From Candidatus Nomurabacteria bacterium (GTDB lineage Bacteria; Patescibacteriota; Minisyncoccia; Phycocordibacterales; UBA9973): a stretch of 64,000 nucleotides of DNA. The stretch covers positions 64,603 through 128,602 of the forward strand of contig JAHFNT010000004.1 in NCBI GenBank assembly GCA_023267195.1, written 5' to 3'. Of this stretch, positions 1 through 11,875 are shown piece after piece. The notes under the pieces are model-generated. The model was not told the origin of the DNA. It saw nothing but the letters and a program-made list of their open reading frames with translations, and did not search any database. Position numbers and translations under genes: made by a program. Position 1 is the first letter of the stretch. Each line of letters opens with the position of its first letter.

Positions 1-2693
1 AGGGCGCCAGAAGTCGCAGTCAAGTTAAGCGCACCAGTAGTTTGAGTCAAGCCATTTGAAGCAGCCAAAGTACCAGTAGAAGTGATCGTGCCAGTACCTG
101 TTGTTGAAATATTTCCGGAAGTAGTAATATCGTTTGTTGTGGAGATAGAACCAAATCCAGAGGCAATCGAACCAGAAGACAAGGCGCCAGTGGCAGTAAT
201 AGAAGAAGTAACAACGTTAGAAGCAAGAGTTGTACCAGAAATGTTAGCAGCTGCGTTCACTGTTATTGAAGAATTAGGAAATGTTATTGTTCTGTCTGCC
301 GTAGGGTCAGTAAAAGCAAAAGTTGTTTCAAAAGCGTCAGCTGTTACTCCTTCAAAAACAAGAGGCGATGCTCCAGAAAATACCGCACTGCCAACATCAA
401 TAACTCCAGAAGTCGCAGTCAAATTAAGAACCCCATTTGTAAGTGTTAAACCATTTGATGCGGTTAAAGTTTGAGTTGAGGTAAGAGCGCCATTGTTTGT
501 CGTCGTCACTCCTGTCTGTCCTATCGCCACAGAAGTAGCAGTAGAAGTTCCGAGATTTAGAGCTGTTGTAGCGTCGAGAGTTAAAGATGTAGTAGAGGTG
601 ATAGATGTTGCCCCAGTACCAGTCAAAGTAGCACTTCCTGCCGCTATTCCAAAACGAGTTGCTCCACTTGTAATTAAATTAAGTCCGTTTGCATCAGTAG
701 TACCAAGAGTAGCAGTGGCACCGAAGGCATTGCCAGATTGAACAAAAGCAAAACCGCTAACGGTCCCAGAAGTTGCAGGTAATACAACCACTCTCCAACG
801 AGAAGCTCCAGAGTCATATTGCAAACCAACCGAAACCCCATCTGATAAAGTGAGATTACCTCCAGCAGTTGTCAAAATACGATTTGCTTCTGCTGAACCA
901 GCATCTTCATTTGTCAAAACAAGACTAGAACCAGAAACATTCATAATACGAATAAAACGACCGTCTGTTCCACCAGCAATACCAGTAAAAGTAGCAGTGC
1001 TTGCACCTGTATATCTAAACAAAGATCCAGTCCCAAGACTCACATCATTCTGCGTTCCAGTTGTCGCATAATCTGACCCTTTTGGAGTAGTATAATTTCC
1101 ACTTTGAGTAAAAGTGCCGCTTACTGTTTCTGCTCCACTTACAGTCAAAAGACCTGTACCAGTTGTAATAGCTCTATTGGTTGTAGTGTTAAGTCCAAGA
1201 GTTCCTGTCCCGGTCATATCTAAAACAGAAGAATTCCCTGCTAAAGTTATAGCTGTAGAATTTATTGTCGTAACCCCCGTACCTGTTGTAAAAGTATTTG
1301 AACCAGACACAATAGTACTCCCTCCAAAATTTATTCCTCCAGAACCGGAATTTATATTTATAGCAGTTGCTCCGGTTGTATTACCGACAGTAATAGTTTT
1401 TGCTACTGCATCTGTACCGACATTTATCGCCCCTGTACCAGACTGCAGAGTGATTGGGGTATTTAGTGTGGCACTGTCTCCAAGAATCAAACCACCGGTT
1501 GCCGTAGTATCAAAAATAGTTGTACCTCTGGCTCCCAAACTAAATGGCTTAGCGGTACTAGCAGCAATTGTAGCTATTCTTTGTAAATACCCAGTACCAG
1601 AAGAAGCGGAGGTTTCAGAAATATTAAAACCGTTGGTAGCACCAGACAAAACCCAATTCCAATTTATAATATTATTACCGTTACCAATGGTAGCATTACC
1701 TGTAGCAGCGCTAACGGAACTCAATGCTGCTGAACCAGCACCAGAAGGACTCCAAGTTAAATTACCAGCGCCATCATTGGTTAAAACATCTCCACTTCCT
1801 CCTTGTGAAGATGGAAATGAAGTGGTTACATTGTTGATTTTTGTAATGTTGCCAGTGACTTCATCTACATTGAGTTTACTTGTGTTTACAACACAAGTGG
1901 GACAAGCTCCAGCGGAAGACCAAGACAAAACACCCAATCCGTCAGTGGTAAGAACTTGACCAACGGTGCCATCGGAACCTGGTAGAGTCCAAACAACATT
2001 ACCACCCAAAAGATCCGGGGATTTGAAACCAATGTAATTTACTCCGTTCGCCACAAGTTCTGCAAAACGAAGTTCTGTGGTATCGCCAGCGCCAGTATCA
2101 AACGGATTTAATGTCAGACCAGAGGAAGAGATCAGAGTTCCCCCTCCACTACCTGCATTTATATTTACACTTGTTGCTCCGGTGACATTACCCAGGGTTA
2201 TGGTTTTTGCTACAGCATCAGTGCCAAGACTGATTGCTCCCGTACCGGTGTTTAAAGTAAAAATTCCATTTGTTGTAGTGTGAGTAGTACCTCCTGTGCC
2301 TGTATTTATGTTGACGGCGGTTGCATCAGTAATATTACCAATAGTAATTGTTTTAGCATTTGCGTTAGTGCCTATATTTATGGCTCCCGTACTTCCTGAA
2401 TCTAGGGTCAGTGCGCCAGTAGTTCCTGAAGTTATATTAAGCGCTGAACCAGCAGCGGATGAAAGAGAAAGCGTATTGTTTGTGGTGATCGTTGTTGCTC
2501 CTGTACCAGTCAGCGTCGCGCTTCCTGCAGCGATTCCGAATCGAGGATTACCACTTGTTAGGAAATTAAGCCCGTATGCATCGGTAGTACCAAAAACAGC
2601 TGTCGCACCAAAGGCATTTCCAGATTGGAGAATAGCATAAGAACTTATTCCTTCTCTGGTTGTGGGAAGAGTGTCTAAATGCCAAACATTTGT
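1..2693 (-). CDS. Giant Thr/Gly/Ser-rich repetitive surface/fiber protein, downstream part (continues past window start; out of frame with 2675..4777)
   Basis: Minus frame reads TNVWHLDTLP...QSGNAFGATAVFGTTDAYGLNF... and still reads SNGLTQTTGALNLTATSGA at positions 3-59. All + shadow ORFs from 82 to 2640 share one phase. Frame was spot-checked, not translated end to end. Confidence 0.8.
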
Positions 2694-4777
2694 TGTGTGT
2701 CATATATAAAACCAACCATAAGATTTGGTGTTAGAGTTATATCACTACCGGTTGGTGTTTCAATTTGGTTGGCAGCTAATGAACTACCATTTAAGTTTGA
2801 AATAACTAAATTGCTTGCACTGTCATTAAATATATGAACCTCACGCCCATCTGCACCGCCAGCAATACCAGTAATTGTCGCAGTGCCAACACCTTCATAA
2901 TGAAAATAAGAACCATCGCTCAGTACTAAATTATTTAAAGTTCCCGTAGTGGTAATAGGGGTACCTCTTGGTGTAACGTAATTTCCAACAATTTTTATAC
3001 CACCATTAATAGTAGTTTCAACACCAGCTTTTCCAACACTCAAGGAAGTTGCATTTGTTGTGCCTAAATTTAAAGCAGCAGCAGAATCGACAGTCAAAGC
3101 ACCAGAACTTGTCGACCAAACAGACGCTCCTCCGCCTGTAATAGTCAAACCAGAAGAAGGAGTTATGGAAGTAATTCCTGTTGCTGAAGTAATGTTATTA
3201 TTAACACCAGCAATGGCATTAGCAAAACCAGTATGGCCAGAAGAGGCATAATCTAAGCCAGTCAGATTGGCATGATTTGTAACAGAAGTCGAAGAACTTC
3301 CTGACATCGAGATAAGTGAAGTTACTTCAGTGGCAGTCGAAGCAGATTTTTGAAAAACAATTTTCCCTAAAAGTTTTCCAAATACTTTTAAACGATTAGG
3401 TAACATAGAAACATCTGGTGCCATTTCAGCATCAGCCAATGACGAAGTGGTATATTCATCCATTCCATATACCATAGAAACCCTTGCGTTAGTATCTATA
3501 TAAAACCACAAGGTGGCATAATTGCCGTCTGTTATTGTAGCCAAGGTTCCTGAACTATCATCGTATTGTGTATTTGGCCATTGGGTAAGATTAGAAACTT
3601 TGGTAAAACCTCCTGATCCATCCATATAATACGCATCAAAATTACCAGTTATACTGGTATTGAGGGCTGGAACAGTATACCTATTCAGCCTGTCCCAAAC
3701 AGCGCCAGCTGTAAGTGTAATATTTCTAGTACCGGTTTCTCCCAAAACCAACCCTCCTTCGCGAATATCTGGAGAAAGTGGCATCGTTTCATATTCGCGC
3801 TGGATCATATTGGCCGCATGGTCACCAACAGCTTGTAAATCACTGTAAATATTTAACACCCCACCCTCATTAACAACCACGCCAATTGGAAAATCTGTTT
3901 TCAAATTCCAGTTTGCAGAAGTGCGAACTGTAACTTGCGGAGAACCTGAATTGTATTCAACTCCGACATAACGGATAGCATCTGTTGGAATAGCAACACC
4001 ACTTACCGCTGCCCAATCAAAATAATTGACTTGGCCAGAAATAGCATTATTACTTGTTCTAATAAGACCAGTACCAGCAGAAACATCTATGGTCTCTCCC
4101 CCAGCATCAGTGATAGTTCCGCCAGAGGTCCAGCCAGCCGAGTGGAAAACATTTTGCATATGCTGCAAGGTAGAAAAAGTAGAATTGCCTATTCGGGCCA
4201 ATGTTAAATTTTGCGCGCTGGCAGTACTCTGAAAAATACAATCTCCCCAAGCGCCATTTTCATAACAACGCAGTTTGTTTGTATTTGCATTGTAATACAT
4301 CGAACCGTTAGTTCCAGATGGATCACCAGCGTCAGATTTTACATCCAGAGTAAGCAAGTCTGGAGTAGAAGAACCAGCGCCGCCTGTACCGATTTGAATC
4401 GTACCGGAAGCTCCGGCATTAGCCGAAAGAACTAAACCTGAAGATGGTGTAGAGATAGTTCCACCACCGACAGATAAATTTCCAGCATCATCAATAGCAA
4501 CATCAAAAGATGCACCTTCAAAGGTGATAGTGTAACCACCTAAGGTTAAAGTTCTAGCAGCAGTAAGAGTAAGATCGGTATTACCAATATTAGTAACAGC
4601 AGGAGTTGAAACTCCACAAGAAGGAGAGCCTGGCGCGCAATCAGGTTCTAACGTATCTCCAGGAGCATAAACCGTTGCGTTGGCTACTTGCGATAATGAT
4701 AGACTAAATATAAAAATAAAAACAGTGAAAAATTTTGGAAGATAGTATTTTTTAAAATTGTATTTGAAATTGCTCAT
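2675..4777 (-). CDS. Giant secreted surface protein, N-terminal part (ends early at a 1-nt frameshift near 2691-2700)
   Basis: Signal peptide, YAPGDTLEPDCAPGSPSC motif, GSMYYNANTNKLRCYENGAW motif, T/G/S-rich beta repeats. Confidence 0.8.
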   Translation of the reverse strand: MSNFKYNFKKYYLPKFFTVFIFIFSLSLSQVANATVYAPGDTLEPDCAPGSPSCGVSTPAVTNIGNTDLTLTAARTLTLGGYTITFEGASFDVAIDDAGNLSVGGGTISTPSSGLVLSANAGASGTIQIGTGGAGSSTPDLLTLDVKSDAGDPSGTNGSMYYNANTNKLRCYENGAWGDCIFQSTASAQNLTLARIGNSTFSTLQHMQNVFHSAGWTSGGTITDAGGETIDVSAGTGLIRTSNNAISGQVNYFDWAAVSGVAIPTDAIRYVGVEYNSGSPQVTVRTSANWNLKTDFPIGVVVNEGGVLNIYSDLQAVGDHAANMIQREYETMPLSPDIREGGLVLGETGTRNITLTAGAVWDRLNRYTVPALNTSITGNFDAYYMDGSGGFTKVSNLTQWPNTQYDDSSGTLATITDGNYATLWFYIDTNARVSMVYGMDEYTTSSLADAEMAPDVSMLPNRLKVFGKLLGKIVFQKSASTATEVTSLISMSGSSSTSVTNHANLTGLDYASSGHTGFANAIAGVNNNITSATGITSITPSSGLTITGGGASVWSTSSGALTVDSAAALNLGTTNATSLSVGKAGVETTINGGIKIVGNYVTPRGTPITTTGTLNNLVLSDGSYFHYEGVGTATITGIAGGADGREVHIFNDSASNLVISNLNGSSLAANQIETPTGSDITLTPNLMVGFIYDTQQMFGI

Positions 4778-4825
4778 GAAATGGCTTAACTTAAACCAAA
4801 CTGGGCTTCATGAGCCTCTAGATAA
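4772..4825 (-). promoter_or_regulatory. Translation-inhibiting leader hairpin with tandem GARGCYC heptamers
   Basis: Perfect 9-bp inverted repeat 4772-4780/4807-4815 covering the AUG (4775-4777); heptamers at 4803-4809 and 4812-4818. Confidence 0.6.
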
Positions 4826-4835
4826 AAAAAATTAA

Positions 4836-5309
4836 TTATTCCTTCTTCTTCAATTTGGATTCCGTACCAACATAAAAGAGAATCGCCCCGTTGGTATCGA
4901 AAATTGGCGAAATAACAAGTTTAACTTCATAAAATTTCCCATCTTTACGTTTATTAGACAAAACAGTTTGAAAAGATTTCTTTTCTCCTTTTATGGCACG
5001 CCACATTTGCTTATAAAATTCCGGTGGCATTTGATTTCCCCATAAATCTGAAGGCTTTTTCCCTATCACTTCCTTTGTAGTAAATCCTGTTTCCTTTTCT
5101 GTAACCTTATTTATATAGACAATTTTTCCTTCGGGGTCAGTAATCATAACCTGATCAGTTACCTGCTCAAAAATTACGTTAATAGTACCGCAACGATTGC
5201 ACTTGATCTCTAAACTACCACCAAAAAAATCTTTGGCTAGAAGTTTATCGCACGAAACACAACGAATCGAATTGTCGGGAAGTTTTTTTGTTTCTTTTAT
5301 TTCGCTCAT
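4836..5309 (-). CDS. Com-family (Mu Com-like) zinc finger fused to a PAS/PAC sensor domain
   Basis: IRCVSCDKLLAK...LEIKCNRCGTIN followed by VMITDPEGKIVYIN...TGFT..EVIGK...NKRKDG...ISPIFD; likely start is ATG 5309 (MSEIK). Confidence 0.8.
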   Translation of the reverse strand: MSEIKETKKLPDNSIRCVSCDKLLAKDFFGGSLEIKCNRCGTINVIFEQVTDQVMITDPEGKIVYINKVTEKETGFTTKEVIGKKPSDLWGNQMPPEFYKQMWRAIKGEKKSFQTVLSNKRKDGKFYEVKLVISPIFDTNGAILFYVGTESKLKKKE

Positions 5310-5392
5310 TGTATGATTCTCAACAACGCGCACCTTACGCGGACGAGTCCTAACGAGCTTCTAAGAGCTTCAGATAAGGTTTATTATAACAT
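5304..5392 (-). promoter_or_regulatory. Extended -10 promoter plus leader with tandem GAAGCTC heptamers
   Basis: TGnTATAAT at 5383-5391; heptamers 5365-5371 and 5355-5361, degenerate copy 5345-5351; GCUCGUU can pair with AAUGAGC at the start codon. Confidence 0.6.
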
Positions 5393-5458
5393 GCTAAATA
5401 TAAGAATTCATTAAAACACACCCCGCGACATGTGGATAAATGTTGTATAATAAAAAAT

Positions 5459-5546
5459 TGGCGGAACCGGAGGGATTCGAACCCTCGAGACCTTTCAGCC
5501 TACGCGCTTTCCAAGCGCGCGCACTCGACCGCTATGCGACGGTTCC
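5459..5546 (-). tRNA. tRNA-Ser(GGA)
   Basis: GGAACCG/CGGTTCC acceptor stem, CGCGC-TTGGAAA-GCGCG anticodon arm, long variable arm, GTTCGAATC, encoded CCA. Confidence 0.95.
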
Positions 5547-5594
5547 AGTGATAACACTTTATCACATCTTGAATTTTAATAAAGCGTAAATTTA

Positions 5595-8155
<2,561 letters not shown>

Positions 8156-8156
8156 A

Positions 8157-8594
8157 TTATTCTATCCAATTAAATAAATTTTCGGAAAAAGTAATACTAT
8201 AAGTACCTGAACCTTGGTCCCAGTCAACCATTGAGAGTATCTTTACTTCATCATCCGAACCTATATCCACTATTGAAAGAGAGCGGCGAAAATTTGAATC
8301 ATTTACAAAAGGACATGTTATATCTGTATTGGGGTCAAGGGCTACAAAATCTTTCCACCCAAGTCCAGTGACAGCTGTATACAAAACATAATTATCACGC
8401 ACGTTTCTGATACATTCAATCCCCTCTTGCGCTAAATACGAAGCCTTCATTTTCTGTTTGGCATAGCCAGTATCAGAGATGCCAGAAGCCAAAACAGACA
8501 AAAGCGCCAATATAGACATAGTAAAAATTGAAATCGCCACCAATGTTTCTACTAAAGTAAACCCGCTATTTTTTTGTTTAAAAAATTTCTGCAT
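8157..8594 (-). CDS. Minor pilin, PilV-like
   Basis: G|FTLVETLVAI; ASYLAQEGIE. Confidence 0.85.
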   Translation of the reverse strand: MQKFFKQKNSGFTLVETLVAISIFTMSILALLSVLASGISDTGYAKQKMKASYLAQEGIECIRNVRDNYVLYTAVTGLGWKDFVALDPNTDITCPFVNDSNFRRSLSIVDIGSDDEVKILSMVDWDQGSGTYSITFSENLFNWIE

Positions 8595-8599
8595 AATTT

Positions 8600-9217
8600 C
8601 TAAATATCTATTTGCCTTTGCGAAACGGAAGTTTGCAGCGAAAAAGGCGAGACAACATTTTTATAAGTTATTTTCCCGATCAATTTAATAGTAATAAAGG
8701 GTTGCTCATGATCGCCAGTACCATCCGGATCCGGTGCCTCGGCGCCAGTTACTAAAAAGGAAGAAGTCGCATCAATCTCTACTTCTTCGGGCGTCAATTG
8801 AATAAAATTGGACAAATTGGATGGACCATTGATTGATTTAAAAATTTTACCTGAATCTATATAGTAAACCCACTGATCATCATTGTTATCATAACTACCT
8901 AAAGCGCTCTCAAAAGCAACACCCCAGCCACCAGATGAACAACTTTTTGGATTACTCATGTTGGGAGTTGGCAATGTATCTTCTCCCGCAACCAAGCAGT
9001 GATAGTTGTACCCTGTCCTTAAATTTTTAGACATATCTTCCATAATAAAACTCAAGTTATCGATAATTGAACGCATATCACGTGATTTCTGGTGAAGTAA
9101 ATTAGCATTGAGAAGCGCGCCAGTGCCTATCATGACAATAATTATAAAAAGAGAAATAGCAATCATCGTTTCTATTATCGTATACCCTCCTTGATTTTTT
9201 AAATATTTTTTTATCAT
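8600..9217 (-). CDS. Minor pilin, PilW-like
   Basis: G|YTIIETMIAI prepilin site. Confidence 0.85.
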   Translation of the reverse strand: MIKKYLKNQGGYTIIETMIAISLFIIIVMIGTGALLNANLLHQKSRDMRSIIDNLSFIMEDMSKNLRTGYNYHCLVAGEDTLPTPNMSNPKSCSSGGWGVAFESALGSYDNNDDQWVYYIDSGKIFKSINGPSNLSNFIQLTPEEVEIDATSSFLVTGAEAPDPDGTGDHEQPFITIKLIGKITYKNVVSPFSLQTSVSQRQIDI

Positions 9218-9243
9218 TTGATTTGGTGCAACTAGCTTGAATT

Positions 9244-9924
9244 TTAATCAACTTCTATTCTGCCCGATGGATATATTTTTATGTTGGAGTTCTCGCTAGA
9301 GGGCGAGGCAAAAACAATCTCTACATAAGAAACAACACCTAAATTTGCAGTCGATCTTAGAATTGCACCTGAATTAGGTCTAGAAAAAGTTACTGTCAAA
9401 TCAGTTATGGGCGTTGAACCACCTTCATAATAAACATCTAAACTAGAGATCCTATTTTCTTTTGTAATGGTAATTTTTTCTAAACATTCGCTATTGCCCA
9501 GACAGTCTGGATCTGCTAATTCTCCATTTTGATCTAAATCAGTAAAATAATTGAAGCTTTTATTGTCCCCCCCAGCACTAATGTCAAAATAAATTCCATA
9601 GGAGGGTCGCCAAGTAGGGTCAATTTGCGCCTGTTGCGAAAGTGGAGGAAGCACTCCGGATAGGGATGATTTTTGCGCTTCAATGACCTTGAGAGCAACG
9701 TCGCTGGCCAAATTTTTAACATCAATTTTGGATTGAAAATTACCGTAGTTAAAAATTGCAACAGAAGATAAAACAGAAAAAATAGAAAGGACGACAATAA
9801 GCTCTACATAAGTCATCCCTCGGGAATACTCGGGATGACACTGAGGAAACATCGAAGGTGTCATCCCGCCGTTGCAATTACTACTTTTCAATTTAAAATT
9901 ACGAATTATCATAAACAAATCCAC
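9244..9924 (-). CDS. Minor pilin, FimT/GspH-like
   Basis: G|MTYVELIVV; C-terminal IYPSGRI. Confidence 0.8.
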   Translation of the reverse strand: MDLFMIIRNFKLKSSNCNGGMTPSMFPQCHPEYSRGMTYVELIVVLSIFSVLSSVAIFNYGNFQSKIDVKNLASDVALKVIEAQKSSLSGVLPPLSQQAQIDPTWRPSYGIYFDISAGGDNKSFNYFTDLDQNGELADPDCLGNSECLEKITITKENRISSLDVYYEGGSTPITDLTVTFSRPNSGAILRSTANLGVVSYVEIVFASPSSENSNIKIYPSGRIEVD

Positions 9925-9935
9925 CTATATAGAAA

Positions 9936-10724
9936 CTAAAAAAGATGCAGTTCAAAAATGAATGATAAAAATACACCCACGGCTAAATAAGGAGCAAAAG
10001 GAAGTTCGCTTTTAAATCTGTATTTTTTGGAAAAAATAATAAGAAATAAACCAATAACAGACCCAATCCAGAAACTCAACACTGCGCCGGAAAGAGCTAG
10101 GGGAAAACCAAGGAGCCATCCTAATCCAACCATAAGTTTGGCATCTCCGAGACCCATCCATCTCCCCTTCGATATCAACCAGAATAAGGCAAAACAGATA
10201 GCAATCAGTAATGGATAAAAGAATTCTGCAACAGATGGAAGATGCGGATAAAAAGCGGGAAAAAATGATCGATCAAACAAAAACAACCCTATAAATGCCA
10301 AAAAACCAAAACCAAATGAAAGAATATCAGGAATTATTTTATGTTTTAAATCATAAACAGAAATTACTAGCAAAAGTGAAAATGCAACTGCGTAATAGGC
10401 ATACGTGGCAGTGAAAGATAGGGTTGAAAAAAGGAAAGTATTTTGAAATTTTAAAAACAAAGCGGCAAAAACAACTCCAGTCGCCAGCTCAACCATAGGA
10501 TACTGAATGGATATTTTGGTTTTACAAGTGCGGCATCTACCTCTTAGTCCTAAAAAACTGACAACTGGAATAAGTTCGTACCAAGAAAGCTTGTTTTGGC
10601 AAGACATGCAAGCACTCCTCCCCCCGAAAGACTTTTGGGTATTGAATCGAAAAATCACAACGTTCAAAAAGCTCCCGATGATAAGACCAAAAACAAAGAA
10701 AATAATTGTGAGAATTGGAATCAT
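9936..10724 (-). CDS. pilD: Prepilin peptidase (A24)
   Basis: GSFLNVVIFR, paired CxxC, DLKHKIIPD, MGLGDAKL, LPFAPYL. Confidence 0.95.
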   Translation of the reverse strand: MIPILTIIFFVFGLIIGSFLNVVIFRFNTQKSFGGRSACMSCQNKLSWYELIPVVSFLGLRGRCRTCKTKISIQYPMVELATGVVFAALFLKFQNTFLFSTLSFTATYAYYAVAFSLLLVISVYDLKHKIIPDILSFGFGFLAFIGLFLFDRSFFPAFYPHLPSVAEFFYPLLIAICFALFWLISKGRWMGLGDAKLMVGLGWLLGFPLALSGAVLSFWIGSVIGLFLIIFSKKYRFKSELPFAPYLAVGVFLSFIFELHLF

Positions 10725-10742
10725 ATTCTAACTAAAAAAAAA

Positions 10743-11180
10743 TTAAGGGCACACGGTATTTCCCGCACCGAGCACATTCGTTCCTATTTTCATGATGGCC
10801 GTGTAATCTATGCAGGCATATTGTGTCGGATCTTCTTTGAGCTGAACTTGAGCTGCCCATTGATTTGTGCTACTACCCACCGTATGCACAGTTGTTTGAC
10901 TATCTAGAAAAGTTAAAATGGCTTGGATATTTACACTTGCAGAAGCCCAGGTATTATTACTGGTAAATAAATTATTATAAGAATTGCCATTACCAATAGC
11001 ATACAGCTCAGCCTCAGATCGCAGGGAAGCCATTTGCTCTTTAATGGCAGAATCTTTTCCTTTTTTCTGTGCACTAGAAAGCATTCCTATGACAATGGTG
11101 GCTAAAATTCCTATAATACCAACAACAACTAAGAGCTCCATTAAGGTAAATCCCTTTTTAAATATTTTTATATTTTTCAT
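10743..11180 (-). CDS. Type IV pilin
   Basis: KKG|FTLMELLVVV; C-terminal Cys pair. Confidence 0.9.
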   Translation of the reverse strand: MKNIKIFKKGFTLMELLVVVGIIGILATIVIGMLSSAQKKGKDSAIKEQMASLRSEAELYAIGNGNSYNNLFTSNNTWASASVNIQAILTFLDSQTTVHTVGSSTNQWAAQVQLKEDPTQYACIDYTAIMKIGTNVLGAGNTVCP

Positions 11181-11217
11181 AAAATTAAATAATTAATAAT
11201 TGCTACCATTATACCAT

Positions 11218-11256
11218 AAAAACAAAAACCACCCCAGGAAGGTGGTTTTTGTTTTT
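11218..11256. terminator. Intrinsic terminator downstream of the major pilin gene
   Basis: aaaaacaaaaaccacc/ggtggtttttgttttt inverted repeat. Confidence 0.8.
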
Positions 11257-11273
11257 AAGAAAAATTCCCAAAA

Positions 11274-11708
11274 TTATGAAGCCGGACAAACAACTACTGT
11301 TGCACCTATTGCTGCAGAAACAGCATGAGAAGCCCCAGCTGAATCTACACACCAATGGCCAGAAGACTTAAGCGGTGATGAAATAGCCCACGAGCTAGCA
11401 GCTCCTGAGGCCGGCTTACCACAAACAGCTGTACCACCCGAAGCCGTGTTAGCAGCAGCGATAGCAGAAGCAATTGTTGCGTTTTGCGTTACGCTGTTTG
11501 CTCCGCACACAGCATCATAGTCTCCATCTGTATCATAAATCAACTCTGCTTGAGCACGAGTGTTTGCCAAGTTTGCCTTTACGGCAGCATCAGCCCCTTT
11601 TGCACGCGCAGTATTGAGCGAAGCCAAAACAACAGAAGCAAGAATACCAATAATGGCAACAACCACTAAGAGTTCAATCAACGTAAAACCTTTTTTAAAA
11701 TTCTTCAT
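11274..11708 (-). CDS. pilA: Type IV pilin, probable major pilin
   Basis: KKG|FTLIELLVVVAIIGILA; own extended -10 promoter (11803-11811) and terminator. Confidence 0.85.
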   Translation of the reverse strand: MKNFKKGFTLIELLVVVAIIGILASVVLASLNTARAKGADAAVKANLANTRAQAELIYDTDGDYDAVCGANSVTQNATIASAIAAANTASGGTAVCGKPASGAASSWAISSPLKSSGHWCVDSAGASHAVSAAIGATVVVCPAS

Positions 11709-11875
11709 ACTTTTAAAATTAATTAATAATAATTTATAATCACGCCTCCCCGGCGTTTCAGCCGGTTAAGCTGAATATTTTCGACTTATTTTTAATATGC
11801 TTATTATATCATAAGGATAATAATCTATAAGCAACAAAGTTATCCACACCTGCCTGCGGCGGGTAGAGATAAATT

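Noticed and set aside
82-4435. Val/Pro-rich + strand ORFs
   Set aside because: Antisense shadows of the Thr/Gly-rich minus-strand gene; their phase shifts at the frameshift.
5400-5458. oriC
   Set aside because: Only one DnaA box, no cluster, and no dnaA/dnaN nearby.
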